The notes: generated by a model from the letters alone, not told the origin. A stretch of 63,940 nt of DNA, filler included, from Octopus bimaculoides (GCF_001194135.2; 8 parts of 7 records of this genome joined end to end with filler, not necessarily neighbours in it), one strand, 5' to 3'. Positions 50,961 through 62,904 are shown, counted from the whole stretch's first letter. Made by a program: numbers and translations.

Positions 50961-51734
50961 TGAAAATATAGATATAAAAAAGGGGGCAACAAGCGAGATG
51001 TACCTTAATACGCCAAAGGAAGAACAGAAGAGAATCTGATGTTTTTAATGGCACCCTTTATCAAAGAGAGGGAAAAGGAATAGAAAAACCAGTTGAATTG
51101 AGAGGTAGAAAAAAGAGGAAAACAAATGTACTATACCCCAAAAAGGTGTTTGCTTATATGTGGTCTCGTATAGAATATATATATAANNNNNNNNNNNNNN
51201 NNNNNNNNNNNNNNNNNNNNNNNNNNNNNNNNNNNNNNNNNNNNNNNNNNNNNNNNNNNNNNNNNNNNNNNNNNNNNNNNNNNNNNNNNNNNNNNNNNNN
51301 NNNNNNNNNNNNNNNNNNNNNNNNNNNNNNNNNNNNNNNNNNNNNNNNNNNNNNNNNNNNNNNNNNNNNNNNNNNNNNNNNNNNNNNNNNNNNNNNNNNN
51401 NNNNNNNNNNNNNNNNNNNNNNNNNNNNNNNNNNNNNNNNNNNNNNNNNNNNNNNNNNNNNNNNNNNNNNNNNNNNNNNNNNNNNNNNNNNNNNNNNNNN
51501 NNNNNNNNNNNNNNNNNNNNNNNNNNNNNNNNNNNNNNNNNNNNNNNNNNNNNNNNNNNNNNNNNNNNNNNNNNNNNNNNNNNNNNNNNNNNNNNNNNNN
51601 NNNNNNNNNNNNNNNNNNNNNNNNNNNNNNNNNNNNNNNNNNNNNNNNNNNNNNNNNNNNNNNNNNNNNNNNNNNNNNNNNNNNNNNNNNNNNNNNNNNN
51701 NNNNNNNNNNNNNNNNNNNNNNNNNNNTATATAT

Positions 51735-52012
51735 AGGCGCAAGCGTGGCTGTGTGGTAGGAAGCTCGCTTCCTCACTACATGGTTCCGGGTTCTACCCTA
51801 CTGTGTGGCACCTTGCACAAGTGTTTTCTACTATAGCTGTCGTGTGTGTGTGTGTGTCTTTATGTTTGTGTTCCCCTCCACTGCTTGACAACCGGTGTTG
51901 GTGTCTTTACGTCCCCGTAACTTAGCGGTTCGGCAATAAGAGTTCAATAGAATAAGTACCAGGCTTAAAAAAACCTGTCCTGGGGTCGATTTGTTCGATT
52001 AAAATTCTTCAT
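51735..52012 (+). mobile_element. SINE family B copy
   Basis: ggcgcaagcgtggctgtgtggtaggaagctcgcttcc...ggcaccttgcacaagtg...cgtaacttagcggttcggcaa...cctggggtcgatttgttcgattaaa. Confidence 0.8.
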
Positions 52013-52208
52013 ATGAATATATGTATGTGCATATGTATGTGTATGTATGCATATGCATATATGTAGATGCATATTTATGTTTGTTTCCGTATATCTATAC
52101 ACATATATGCTTGTGCGTGCGCGCGCTTGTGTGTGTGTGTGTGTGTGTGTGTTCTGATACTAACCATTTTTGCTGTGTCTGTGCCTATCTTTTTTCATGA
52201 TACTGCTA

Positions 52209-52283
<75 letters not shown>

Positions 52284-52718
52284 GTCTCTCTCTCTCTCTC
52301 TCTCAAAGAAGAAGACGAAGAAGAAGAAGAAGAAATGAATTCTTTTCAAATTACAGGATGTGTCAAAAACAAGAGTACACTGAAACCAGGAAATCTAAAA
52401 TTAATTTTCCTGTAAGATTATGGCTGCTGCTTTATAACAAAACCTTTATGACGTCAGCAGTAAGTTCATATTTTGCTTCATCCAATACTGACTGTCACTC
52501 GCTAACAATGTAAACTGGAGACCTTATGACCACTCACATTTTTATTTATTGCCATGTCTTCGTATTGTGACATTAATAAAATGGCTTTTAGCTTAGGTTA
52601 GTTTACATGGCCCTAATTACAGTTACAAAAGACAGTGATGTGAATTAACTGAGTTTATTGACAATAATGTGGTACAAACAAATCCGACATGGTGGTTGTG
52701 ATACTCCTAATATAATAT

Positions 52719-53060
52719 TGTAGGGAAGTGTTTATACACCATTAGGTGTACACCGCTTCCGTACATTAAATTTCTAGAAGAAACAACGGAACGCAGATTC
52801 TGAACAACATAACCATATTTATTTACAGTGGAATTCAGTTCACGCTTGGAGGGAATTCGGTAGCTCGTCGCCCTCGGTTACTGAGACGCCTTCTGAATGA
52901 TTTCCGTGGTTATTTGTGAAGCTCTGGTGCTGACATGTGCGAGAGCTCTGTTGGACTGAGACTCTTCCTGTATTCCTTCCGGAACTAGTCCCTGCGCATG
53001 CGTGGATAAAACTCCGGACATTGAACATATAACAGTCGTCTGCTATAAGATCTCACTACA
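52719..53060 (-). mobile_element. Solo LTR (342 bp), Gypsy-like
   Basis: TGTAG...CTACA termini, 4-bp TSD ATAT (52715-52718, 53061-53064), AATAAA on the - strand at about 52818, GC-richer interior. Confidence 0.75.
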
Positions 53061-53324
53061 ATATAATACTAATTCATAATGTCATCTGTTCGAGCTTCAA
53101 TGGATAAACAAATCTTCATTCAAAGTCTTCCTCTTAAAATCTATTTTAATAAGTATGGAATACGAAATCTGTGAATTCGTCTGTCAAGCATCTCGGACTT
53201 ACGGAACACCAGGAAGAAAAAAGGAAATGCTCGATGTCACTGAACATCAGAAAGAAAATACACCCAGAAATCAGCTGGCACCAGAAACGAAAGGGGATCC
53301 TGCTACATGAACTAGGGAATACCG

Positions 53325-53665
53325 CTTGTTGTTGTTGTTGGCAATCCGTCGCTTACGACGTCGAGGGTTCCAGTTGATCCGATCAACGGAACAGCCTGCT
53401 CGTGAAATTAACGTGCAAGTGGCTGAGCACTCCACAGACACGTGTATCCTTAACGTAGTTCTCGGGGATATTCAGCGTGACAGAGTGTGACAAGGCTGGC
53501 CCTTTGAATTACAGGCACAACAGAAANNNNNNNNNNGCCGGAGCCTCGTGGAGCTTTAGGTGTTTTCGCCCAATAAACACTCACAACGCCCGGTCTGGGA
53601 ATCGAAACCGCGATCCTATGACCACGAGTCCGCTGCCCTAACCACTGGGCCATTGCGTCACCACA
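53325..53665 (-). mobile_element. tRNA-derived SINE family C variant, young copy
   Basis: Minus-strand head gacgcaatggcccagtggttagggcagcggactcgtggtcataggatcgcggtttcgattcccagacc with clear A and B boxes; (AAC)n tail. Confidence 0.85.
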
Positions 53666-53962
53666 GGAAATACCACTACACCACATGAAAGAGCTAGAAA
53701 CAAAAACAAAACAAACTACTGACTATTTAACCAACAATTTAAACGATCGATTAATTTAACCGATTGACAAATAATTAAGGAATGGAATTGAACCAGTGCG
53801 TATGTTCTTGATATTTGCATAATGGCACTCTCCAGACACAACAAAACCATATGTATTACTTTTCTGCTTATTCTAGCATCTAGCATGTTTCTTTTTTAGT
53901 ACACACACTGGTACCAAATAAACATCATCTTCAGGTTGGGCAAATAAAATGCAATCGCTTGT

Positions 53963-54032
53963 GGATTAAACCCCCATCCGGGATTAAACCCCCATCCGGG
54001 ATTAAACCCCCATCCGGGATTAAACCCCCATC
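53963..54032. repeat. Perfect 18-bp minisatellite (GGATTAAACCCCCATCCG) x3.9
   Basis: Units start at 53963, 53981, 53999 and 54017. Confidence 0.95.
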
Positions 54033-54334
54033 TGAGTTGATTAGGTAGTGAACAATTAACCAAGAATCGTAATTTCGAATCCTAACACCACTGCTAATTG
54101 ACCAAGCATTTTGCTCGATGTAAGTACTGCAACGTGTTGAATCGCCTCGTTCTGCTCAGATCATGCAGACATAGGTACTTGAACAAGTAACTGGGAGTAA
54201 TCTACCGTTGCAAAACTCTACGCATTTGTATGGTTTAAGGATACATTGCACATTCTGATATCTAGTGGCTTGTTGAGGCCTGGCTATATTGCATTTCCTT
54301 CACTTTCTAGTCTGTCCTTGTACGTCAGAGTGTT

Positions 54335-54549
54335 CGAAAGGATGCTGAAAAGTTCCTGGTTTTGGGTAAAATGAAATACAGGAGGATCATTTAATTATGA
54401 TTTTATTCAACATATTTCCCTCTCAGATCCACACACTTATTGCCGCGGTCCTTCAGATTTTCTAAGCCCTGTTAAAGAACTCGAAAGGTTGGACCTCTAA
54501 CCCGGTCTTTCGTGATACCCTTAAAGCTAGGAACTTTTCAGCACCCTCG
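54335..54549. mobile_element. Mariner-derived MITE
   Basis: Left cgaaaggatgctgaaaagttcctggttt versus right aaagctaggaacttttcagcaccctcg|TA form imperfect TIRs of about 28 bp. Confidence 0.7.
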
Positions 54550-54829
54550 TATAAAGTGCGTTATTGTGTGTCCTTTGTAGCTGGGTGAATTTCGTCATGA
54601 AAAGAAATTACTGATATGACTCATAGTCTTACATATAATAAAATGAAATGTGTGGCCTGTCGATCACACTAGAGGTAAAGAAGAGTAAAACAGCAAACGG
54701 AGTGGGAGTGAGTGACAATCGGAAGGAGTAAAACTGGCGGACAGCTTTCAAACGTTTTGCTCTAAAGACACTGGTATTTTAATCAAAATAAAACTGCAAA
54801 TTTTTATCGTAAATTGTATTTAGTTTACT

Positions 54830-54871
<42 letters not shown>

Positions 54872-55226
54872 ATAGTTCGTTGCTTCACAGCGTTCAACAT
54901 GCACATAATTTTTCACATCTGGCCGTATAGCCTTTTCCGTTTGTTTTCCTGTCTTGTTTTCTTTTCCGTTTGTTTTCCTGTCTTGTTTTCTGTCCACCAC
55001 TACATTCTTCCATGGTATAAATTTAATTTGTGTATACAAATTTAATTTGTGGTCCGTGGGAAGAGCCATTTTAACGATGCGTCCTGCCCTAACTCTTCGA
55101 AACGCCTGTGTTAGAATGGGGGTAGCNNNNNNNNNNNNNNNNNNNNNNNNNNNNNNNNNNNNNNNNNNNNTTAATTAATTAANNNNNNNNNNNNNNNNNN
55201 NNNNNNNNNNNNNNNNNNNNNNNNNN

Positions 55227-58200
55227 TCTCTCGAGAGAGAGAGGGAGACAGAGAGACAGAAATACAGAGAGACGGAGACAGAGACAAGGAGATAGAGATT
55301 GAGCGAAACAGAGAGTGGCTGAGAGAGAGAGAGAGAGAGAGAGACATAGAGGGCGAGAAAGAGTTAGTTTCCGTTAGTTTCCGTTTGTTTCCGTTAGTTT
55401 CCGTTAGTTCCCGTTAGTTTCCTTTAGTTTTCGTTAGTTTCCGTTCTTTTCCGTAAGTTTCCGTAAGTTTCCGTTAGTTTCCGTTAGGTTCCGATAGTTT
55501 CCGTTGCTTTCCGTTGCTTTCCGTTACTTTCCATTGGTTTCCGTTACTTTCCCTTAGTTTCCGTTACTTTCCGTTGCCTTACGTTAGTTACCATTACTTT
55601 CCGTTAATTCCCGTTAGTTTCCGTTAGTTTTCGTTAGTGTCCGTTCTTTCCGTAAGTTTCCGTTAGTTTCCGTTAGTTTCCGTTAGATTCCGTTACTTTC
55701 CGTTACTTTCCCTTAGAATCCATTACTTTCTGTTTGTCTTCGTTAGTTTCCATTACTTTCCGTTAGTTCCCGTTACTTTCCGTTAATTTCCGTTAGTTTC
55801 TGCTAGATTCCGTTACTTTCCGTTTGTTTCCGTTGGTTTCCGTTAGTTTCCGTTACTTTCCGTTACTTACCGTTACCTTCCGTTAGTTTCCGTTAGTTTC
55901 TGTTACTTTCCGTTAGTTTCCGTTATTTTCCGTTGCTTTTCGTTAGTAAGAGCGGTAGAGAGAGAGGAGCAACAAAGAGAGGAGCAAAAGTGATAGGAGC
56001 AAGTTAGAGAGAGGAACGAGATAGCAGCAAGAGAGTGAGGAGGAAGAGGGAGAGGAGCAAGAGAGAATGAGGAGGGAGAGATGTGCGAGAGAGAGAAAGA
56101 GGAGCGAGAGAGTGAAAGAGGAGCGAGAGAGTGAAAGAGGAGCGAGAGGAGCAAGGGAAAGAGAGTAGCGAGAGAGAGTGTGGAGCGAGAGAAAGAGAGG
56201 AGCGAGAGTGAGAGAGAAGAGCGAGTGATGGAGGAGCGAAAGAGAGAGTGGAGCAAGTCAGAGAGTCTGAGAGATAGAGTCTGAGAGAGAAGGTGAGTCT
56301 GAGAGAGAGAGTGTCTGAGAGAGAGAGAGAGACAAACAGACACAGAGAGAGAGTGGAGTTGGAGAGAGGGGACCGAGAGAGAGAGGAGCGAGAAAGACAG
56401 GAACGAGAGAGAGAGGAGCGAGAGAGAGACGAACGATAGAGCGAAAACAGAGCGAGAGAGAGAGTAGCGAGGGAGAGATAAGTGCGAGAGAGAGCGGAGC
56501 GAGAGGAGGGAGAGAGAGAAGTGGGAGACAGAGAACAGGGAGAGAGAGAAGAGGGAGAGAGAGAGCGCCGCGAAAGAGAGAGAAGAGTGAGAGAGCGAGC
56601 GCAGCAAAAAAGAGAGGAGCGAGAGAGACAGAGAAGAGCAAGAGAAAGGAGCATACATATTAACGTAGGCACCTACGTAAATCCATCTCCCTCTCGAGAG
56701 AGGGAGACAGAGAGAGAGAGACAGAGACAGGTAGATAGAGATTGAGCGAACCAGAGAGAGTCTGAGAGAGAGAGAGAGAGACATAGAGGGCGAGAAAGAG
56801 TAACTTTCCGTTAGTTTCCTTTATTTTCCGTTATTTTCCGTTATTTTCCACTAGTTTCCGTTAGTTTCCGTTAGTTTCCGTTACTTTCCGTTGCCTTGCG
56901 TTAGTTTCCGTTACTTTCCGTTAGTTCCCGTTACTTTCCGTTAGTTTTCGTTAGTTTCCGTTCTTTTCCGTTACTTTTCGTTGCTTTCCGTTAGTTTCCG
57001 TTAGTTTCCGTTAGGTTCCGATAGTTTCTGTTACTTTCCGTTACTTTCCGTTATTTTCCGTTGGTTTCCGTTGGTTTCCGTTACTTTCCGTTAGTTTCCG
57101 TTACTTTCCGTTACTTTCTGTTAGTTTCCAATAGTTTCCGTTAGTTTCCGTTAGATCCCGTTACTTTCCGTTAGATTCCATTACTTTCCGTTTGTTTCCG
57201 TTAGTTTCCATTACTTTCCGTTAGTTACCCTTACTTACCGTTAGTTTCCGTTAGTTTCTGTTAGATTTCGTTAGTTTCCGTTAGTTTCCGTTACTTTCCG
57301 TTTGGTTCCGTTAGTTTCCGTTAGTTTCCGTTACTTCCTGTTACTTTCTGTTACTTTCCGTTAGTTTCCGTTATTTTCCGTTGCTTTTCGTTAGTAAGAG
57401 CGGTAGAGAGAGAGGAGCAACAGAGAGAGGACCAAGAATGATAGGAGCAAGTAAGAGAGAGGAACGAGATAGGAGCAAGAGAGTGAGGAGGAAGAGGGAG
57501 AGGAGGAAGAGAGAATGAGGAGGAAGAGAGAATGAGGAGGGAGAGAGGTGCGAGAGAGAGAAAGAGGAGCGAGAGAGAGGAGCAAGGGAAAGAGAGGAGC
57601 GAGAGAGAGTGTGGAGCGAGAGAGAGTGTGGAGCGAGAGAGAGTGTGGAGCGAGAGAGAGTGTGGAGCGAGAGAGAGTGTGGAGCGAGAGAGAGTGTGGA
57701 GCGAGAGAGAGGAGCGAGAGAGAAANNNNNNNNNNNNNNNNNNNNNNNNNNNNNNNNNNNNNNNNNNNNNNNNNNNNNNNNNNNNNNNNNNNNNNNNNNN
57801 NNNNNNNNNNNNNNNNNNNNNNNNNNNNNNNNNNNNNNNNNNNNNNNNNNNNNNNNNNNNNNNNNNNNNNNNNNNNNNNNNNNNNNNNNNNNNNNNNNNN
57901 NNNNNNNNNNNNNNNNNNNNNNNNNNNNNNNNNNNNNNNNNNNNNNNNNNNNNNNNNNNNNAGTGGAATGAGGGAGAGAGAAGTGCGAGAGAGAGAGGAG
58001 CGAGAGGAGGGAGAGAGAGAGAAGTGCGAGAGAGAGAAGTGGGAGAGAGAGAAGAGGGAGAGAGAGCGCCGCGAAAGAGAGAGAAGAGTGAGAGAGGGAG
58101 CGCAGCAAAAGAGAGAGGAGCGAGAGAGACAGAGAAGAGCAAGAGAGACGAGCATACATATTAACTTAGGCACCTATGTACATCCCTCTCTCGAGAGAGA

Positions 58201-60376
58201 GAGGGAGACAGAGAGACAGAAATACAGAGAGACAGAAATACAGAGAGACAGAGACAGAGACAGAGATTGAGCGAAAGNNNNNNNNNNAATACAGAGAGAC
58301 AGAAATACAGAGAGACAGAGACAGAGACAGAGATTGAGCGAAAGAGAGAGAGAGAGACTGAGAGACAGAGAGGGCGAGTAAGAGTTACTTTCCGTTAGTT
58401 TACATTACTTTCCGTTAGTTTCCGTTAGTTTCCGTTATTTTCCGTTACTTTCCGTTACTTTCCGTTGCCTTACGTTACTTTCCGTTTGTTTCCTTTAGTT
58501 TCCGTTAGTTTCCGTTACTTTCTGTTACTTTACGTTATTTTCCGTTATTTTCCGTTGCTTTTCGTTAGTAAGAGCGGTAGAGAGAGAGGAGCAACAGAGA
58601 GAGGAGCAAAAATGATAGGAGCAAGTAAGAGAGAGTAACGAGATAGGAGCAAGAGAGTGTGGAGGAAGAGAGTGTGGAGGAAGAGGGAGAGGATCAAGAG
58701 AGAATGAGGAGGGAGAGAGGTGCGAGAGTGAGAAAGAGGAGCGAGAGAGAGAAAGAGGAGCGAGAGAGAGAAAGAGGAGCGAGAGAGAGAAAGAGGAGCG
58801 AGAGAGAGAGGAGCAAGGGAAAGAGAGGAGCGAGAGAANNNNNNNNNNAGAGAGAAAGAGGAGCGAGAGAGAGAGGAGCAAGGGAAAGAGAGGAGCGAGA
58901 GAAAGAAAAGAGCGAGAGAAAGAAAAGAGCGAGAGAAAGAAAAGAGCGAGAGAAAGAGAGGAGTGAGAGAGAGAGAGAAGAACGAGTGTTGGAGGAGCGA
59001 AAGAGAGAGTGTGGGGCAAGTGAGAGAGTCTGAGAGAGAGGGAGAGTCTGAGAGAGACAGACAGACAGACAGACACAGAGAGAGAGTGAGATAGAGAGTG
59101 AGATAGAGAGTGAGTGGAGTGGGAGAGAGAGGAGCGAGAGAGAGAGGAGCGAGAGAGAGAAGAACGAGAGAGAGAGATGAGCGAGAAAGAGGGGAACGAT
59201 ACAGAGAGAGCAGAGCGAGAGAGAGAGGAGCGAGAGAGAGAAGTGCGAGAGCGAGAGAGGAGCGAGAGGAGTGAGAGAGAGAGAAGTGGGAGAGAGAGAA
59301 CAGGGAGAGAGGGAAGAGGGAGAGATAGAGCGCCGCGAAAGAAGGAGAAGAGTGAGAGAGGGATCGCAGCAAAAGAGAGAGGGAGCGCAGCAAAAGAGAG
59401 AGGGAACGCAGCAAAAGAGAGAGGAGCGAGAGAGACAGAGAAGAGCAAGAGAGACGAGCATACATATTAACGTAGGCACCTACGTAGATCCATCTCTCTC
59501 GAGAGAGAGGGAGACAGAGAGACAGAAATTCAGAGAGACAGAAATTCAGACAGACAGAGTCAGAGAGATAGAGATTGAGCGAAACAGAGAGAGACTGAGA
59601 GAGAGAGAGATATAGAGGTCGAGAAAGAGTTAGTTTCCCTTAGTTTCCGTTAGTTTTCGTTAGTTTCCGTTCTTTTCCGTAAGTTTCCATTAGTTTCCGT
59701 TAGGTTCCGATAGTTTCCGTTACTTTCCGTTATTTTCAGTTCGTTTCCGTTCCTTTCCGTTAGTTTCCGTTAGTTTCCACTGGTTTCCGTTAGATTCCGT
59801 TACTTTCCTTTACTTTCCGTTAGATTCCGTTACTTTCCATTAGTTTCCGTTAGTTTCCGATGCCTTACGTTAGTTTCCGTTCTTTTCCGTAAGTTTCCGT
59901 TAGTTTCCGTTATTTTCCGTTAGTTTCCGTTGGTTTCCGTTAATTTCCCTTAGTTTCCGTTACTTTCCGCTTGTTTCCGTTACTTTCCGTTTGTTTCCTT
60001 TAGTTTCCGTTACTTTCCGTAAATTTCCGTTACTTTCCGTTAGGTTCCGATAGTTTCCGTTACTTTCCGTTACTTTCCGTTACATTCCGTTGGTATCCGT
60101 TATTTTCCCTTAGTTTCTGTTACTTTCCGTTATTTCCGTTAGATTCCTCTACTTTTCGTTACTTTCCGTTAGTTTCCGTTAGTTTCTGTTAGATTCCGTT
60201 AGTTTCCGTTAGTTTCCGTTAGTTTCCGTTACTTTCCGTTACTTTGCGTTATTTTCCGTTACTTTCTGTTACTTTCCGATAGTTTCCGATATTTTCAGTT
60301 GCTTTTCGTTACATTCTGTTGGTATCCATTACATTCCGTTAGTTTCCGAGATTCCATTATTTTCCGTTACTTTCCA
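55227..60376. repeat. Composite macrosatellite: four TTTCCGTTA(G/C) 10-mer arrays alternating with AG-rich blocks
   Basis: Arrays 55364-55946, 56801-57394, 58385-58568, 59630-60376. Conserved junction ttttccgttgcttttcgttagtaagagcggtagagagagaggagcaaca occurs three times; period about 1.25-1.6 kb. Confidence 0.92.
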
Positions 60377-61072
60377 TTCGGGCCAACAGCAACGAACGAA
60401 GTTCCGTAGCTCTAGTCTCGAACGAACGTACGNNNNNNNNNNNNNNNNNNNNNNNNNNNNNNNNNNNNNNNNNNNNNNNNNNNNNNNNNNNNNNNNNNNN
60501 NNNNNNNNNNNNNNNNNNNNNNNNNNNNNNNNNNNNNNNNNNNNNNNNNNNNNNNNNNNNNNNNNNNNNNNNNNNNNNNNNNNNNNNNNNNNNNNNNNNN
60601 NNNNNNNNNNNNNNNNNNNNNNNNNNNNNNNNNNNNNNNNNNNNNNNNNNNNNNNNNNNNNNNNNNNTTCCGTAGCTCTTGGCTCGAACGAACGTACGTA
60701 CGTTCTGTCGAAGAGCAACGAACGAATTTCCGTATCTCTTGGTCCGAACGAATGTACGTACGAAGTTCCGTAGCTCTTGGCTCGAACGAACGCACGTACG
60801 TTAAGGCCAATTGCAACGAACGAAATTCCTTAGCTCTTGTCGCGAATGAACGTACGTAAGTTCGGGTCAAGTGCAGCTAACGAAGTTCCGTAGTTCTTCG
60901 CTCGAATCAAGGTACGTACGTTCGGGCCAAGACCAATGAACGAGGTTCCGTAGCTCTTGGTTCGAACAAACAAACGTACCTTCGGGCCAAGTGCAGTGAA
61001 CGAAGTTCCGTATCTCTTGGCTCGAACGAACGTACGTACGTTCGGCCCAAGTGCAACGAACGAAGTTCCGTA
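60377..61072. repeat. CpG-rich 60-bp satellite
   Basis: Consensus about CGGGCCAAGTGCAACGAACGAAGTTCCGTAGCTCTTGGCTCGAACGAACGTACGTACGTT; register repeats at 60801, 60861, 60921, 60981, 61041; one 38-bp short unit at 60728-60765. Confidence 0.92.
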
Positions 61073-61706
61073 NNNNNNNNNNNNNNNNNNNNNNNNNNNN
61101 NNNNNNNNNNNNNNNNTTAATTAATTAANNNNNNNNNNNNNNNNNNNNNNNNNNNNNNNNNNNNNNNNNNNNAAGAAGAAGAAGAAGAAGAAGAAGAAGA
61201 AGAAGAAGAAGAATATAATTATATAGTTCCTAGGTTCAAGCACAAACGTTGGGAAATTAACAAGTCTGCTCGGTTTCAGGGCAGAAAAGAGACGGTGAGG
61301 TAATTCTCGAATTGAGAGAAAACCAAGTAATTACACGTATAGAATGAAGACACTCCTTCATATACAACCCTGACACATGTTGGTATATATACACTAACAC
61401 ATACAACAAAGGCATTCCAACACATCCATATATATGCATATATGCACGCACAGATAAAGGCGCATGTAGTTATACACCCTGCTATAGAGAGCATGCACAC
61501 ATATTGACTTATACAAACAAAAATGCGTGCACATAGACAGAGAAATACATACGAACATACATGCATAAATACACAAACATATTCAAACATATACATACAT
61601 ATATGCGCACAAATATACATATACATACGTAGATACACATACAGAAATACGCATACATACATACATACATACAGGTATATATAGACGTGCATAATACACA
61701 CATAGA

Positions 61707-61770
<64 letters not shown>

Positions 61771-62194
61771 AACATACATACATACATAAAAACACGCATA
61801 TATACAGATGTATACATGCATAAATACGTACAAACACACGCATATATATATATAACACATACATACACACACATGCATGCATACGTACATACATACATAC
61901 ATACATACATACATACATACATTGAAATTACTACTGTATAGACCCCAAAACACAGAAATACATTTACGTAGACATATGCATACGTAGACATACACATCCA
62001 TACACAGACATAACCACATACATACAGAAGTACATAGAAATATTGAAGCATACACATATGCACGGGTACATACAGAAATACACATGCAAGCACACACGCG
62101 TATAGAGTCATTGATATAGACACACAGATAAAATCATACAATTACATACACATACACATCATACTTTATGCATGCACAGACACACACACACAGA

Positions 62195-62426
62195 AACATA
62201 GTCATTTACACATAAAGTCACACACACAGAGTAATCGTAGCTCATGCATACACATAACCACACACACAGACACATAACCACACACACAGCCACATAACCA
62301 CACACACAGACACATAGTCATTTACACATAAAGTCACACACACAGAGTAACCGTAGATCATGCATACACATAACCACACACACAGACACATAACCACACA
62401 CACAGACACATAACCACACACACACA
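62195..62426. repeat. CA-derived minisatellite with a 116-bp higher-order unit (56 bp + 3 x 20 bp) x2
   Basis: 20-mer cacataaccacacacacaga at 62251/62271/62291 and 62367/62387/62407; 56-bp block at 62195 and 62311. Confidence 0.85.
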
Positions 62427-62859
62427 GACACACACGCCCGATAANNNNNNNNNNNNNNNNNNNNNNNNNNNNNNNNNNNNNNNNNNNNTTAATTAATTAA
62501 NNNNNNNNNNNNNNNNNNNNNNNNNNNNNNNNNNNNNNNNNNNNATATATATAATGTGTCACTTAGGTACTCATTTATGAGTCACAGCAGAAACAGCTGT
62601 AAGCTAATGAATAATTGTTTATTCCTTTGTCCCCTCTGTTTCTTTTATATAATAAATAAATAATTTGGAGAAATACATATAATTCAATTAGTGTGTTTAA
62701 ATGGTGAGTAGAGCACTGGTACAATGTTTTAATCCGCAGTTGTGGTACACTTTATCTACTTTATCTACACTAGATCTAATTTAGGAACTCCGCAGTGACA
62801 GTTAGGGTAGTAATATTAATTAATACTAAGAGATGGATTTCGTATTAGACGTTTATTAG

Positions 62860-62904
62860 GTACGGTTTATGTTTCGACCCATCAGTCTGGGTCTCTTCAG
62901 GTAC
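62860..62904 (-). ncRNA. Decayed hammerhead ribozyme motif (second copy)
   Basis: Minus strand GTAC-CTGAAGA-GACCCA-gactga-TGGGTC-GAAAC-ATAAACC-GTAC: perfect 6-bp stem II, but stem III and the cleavage triplet are mutated. Confidence 0.6.

Noticed and set aside
53590-53662. tRNA gene (also tRNA-like heads at 49510-49585, 46200-46280, 41655-41735)
   Set aside because: A and B boxes run straight into multi-copy SINE bodies, and no complete acceptor stem is visible.
55903-59615. 200-300 aa Leu/Ser-rich (-) and Arg/Glu-rich (+) ORFs
   Set aside because: Translations of the AG blocks of the macrosatellite; open in several frames on both strands, with no splice or codon signal.
55364-60376. 10-mer arrays as telomeric repeats
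   Set aside because: TTTCCGTTAG shares only TTAG with TTAGGG/TTAGG, has no G-run, is degenerate and is interleaved with other sequence.
60377-61072. CRISPR-like reading of the palindromic 60-mer array (and the 18-mer array)
   Set aside because: Units are contiguous with no unique spacers, there are no cas genes, and the context is eukaryotic.
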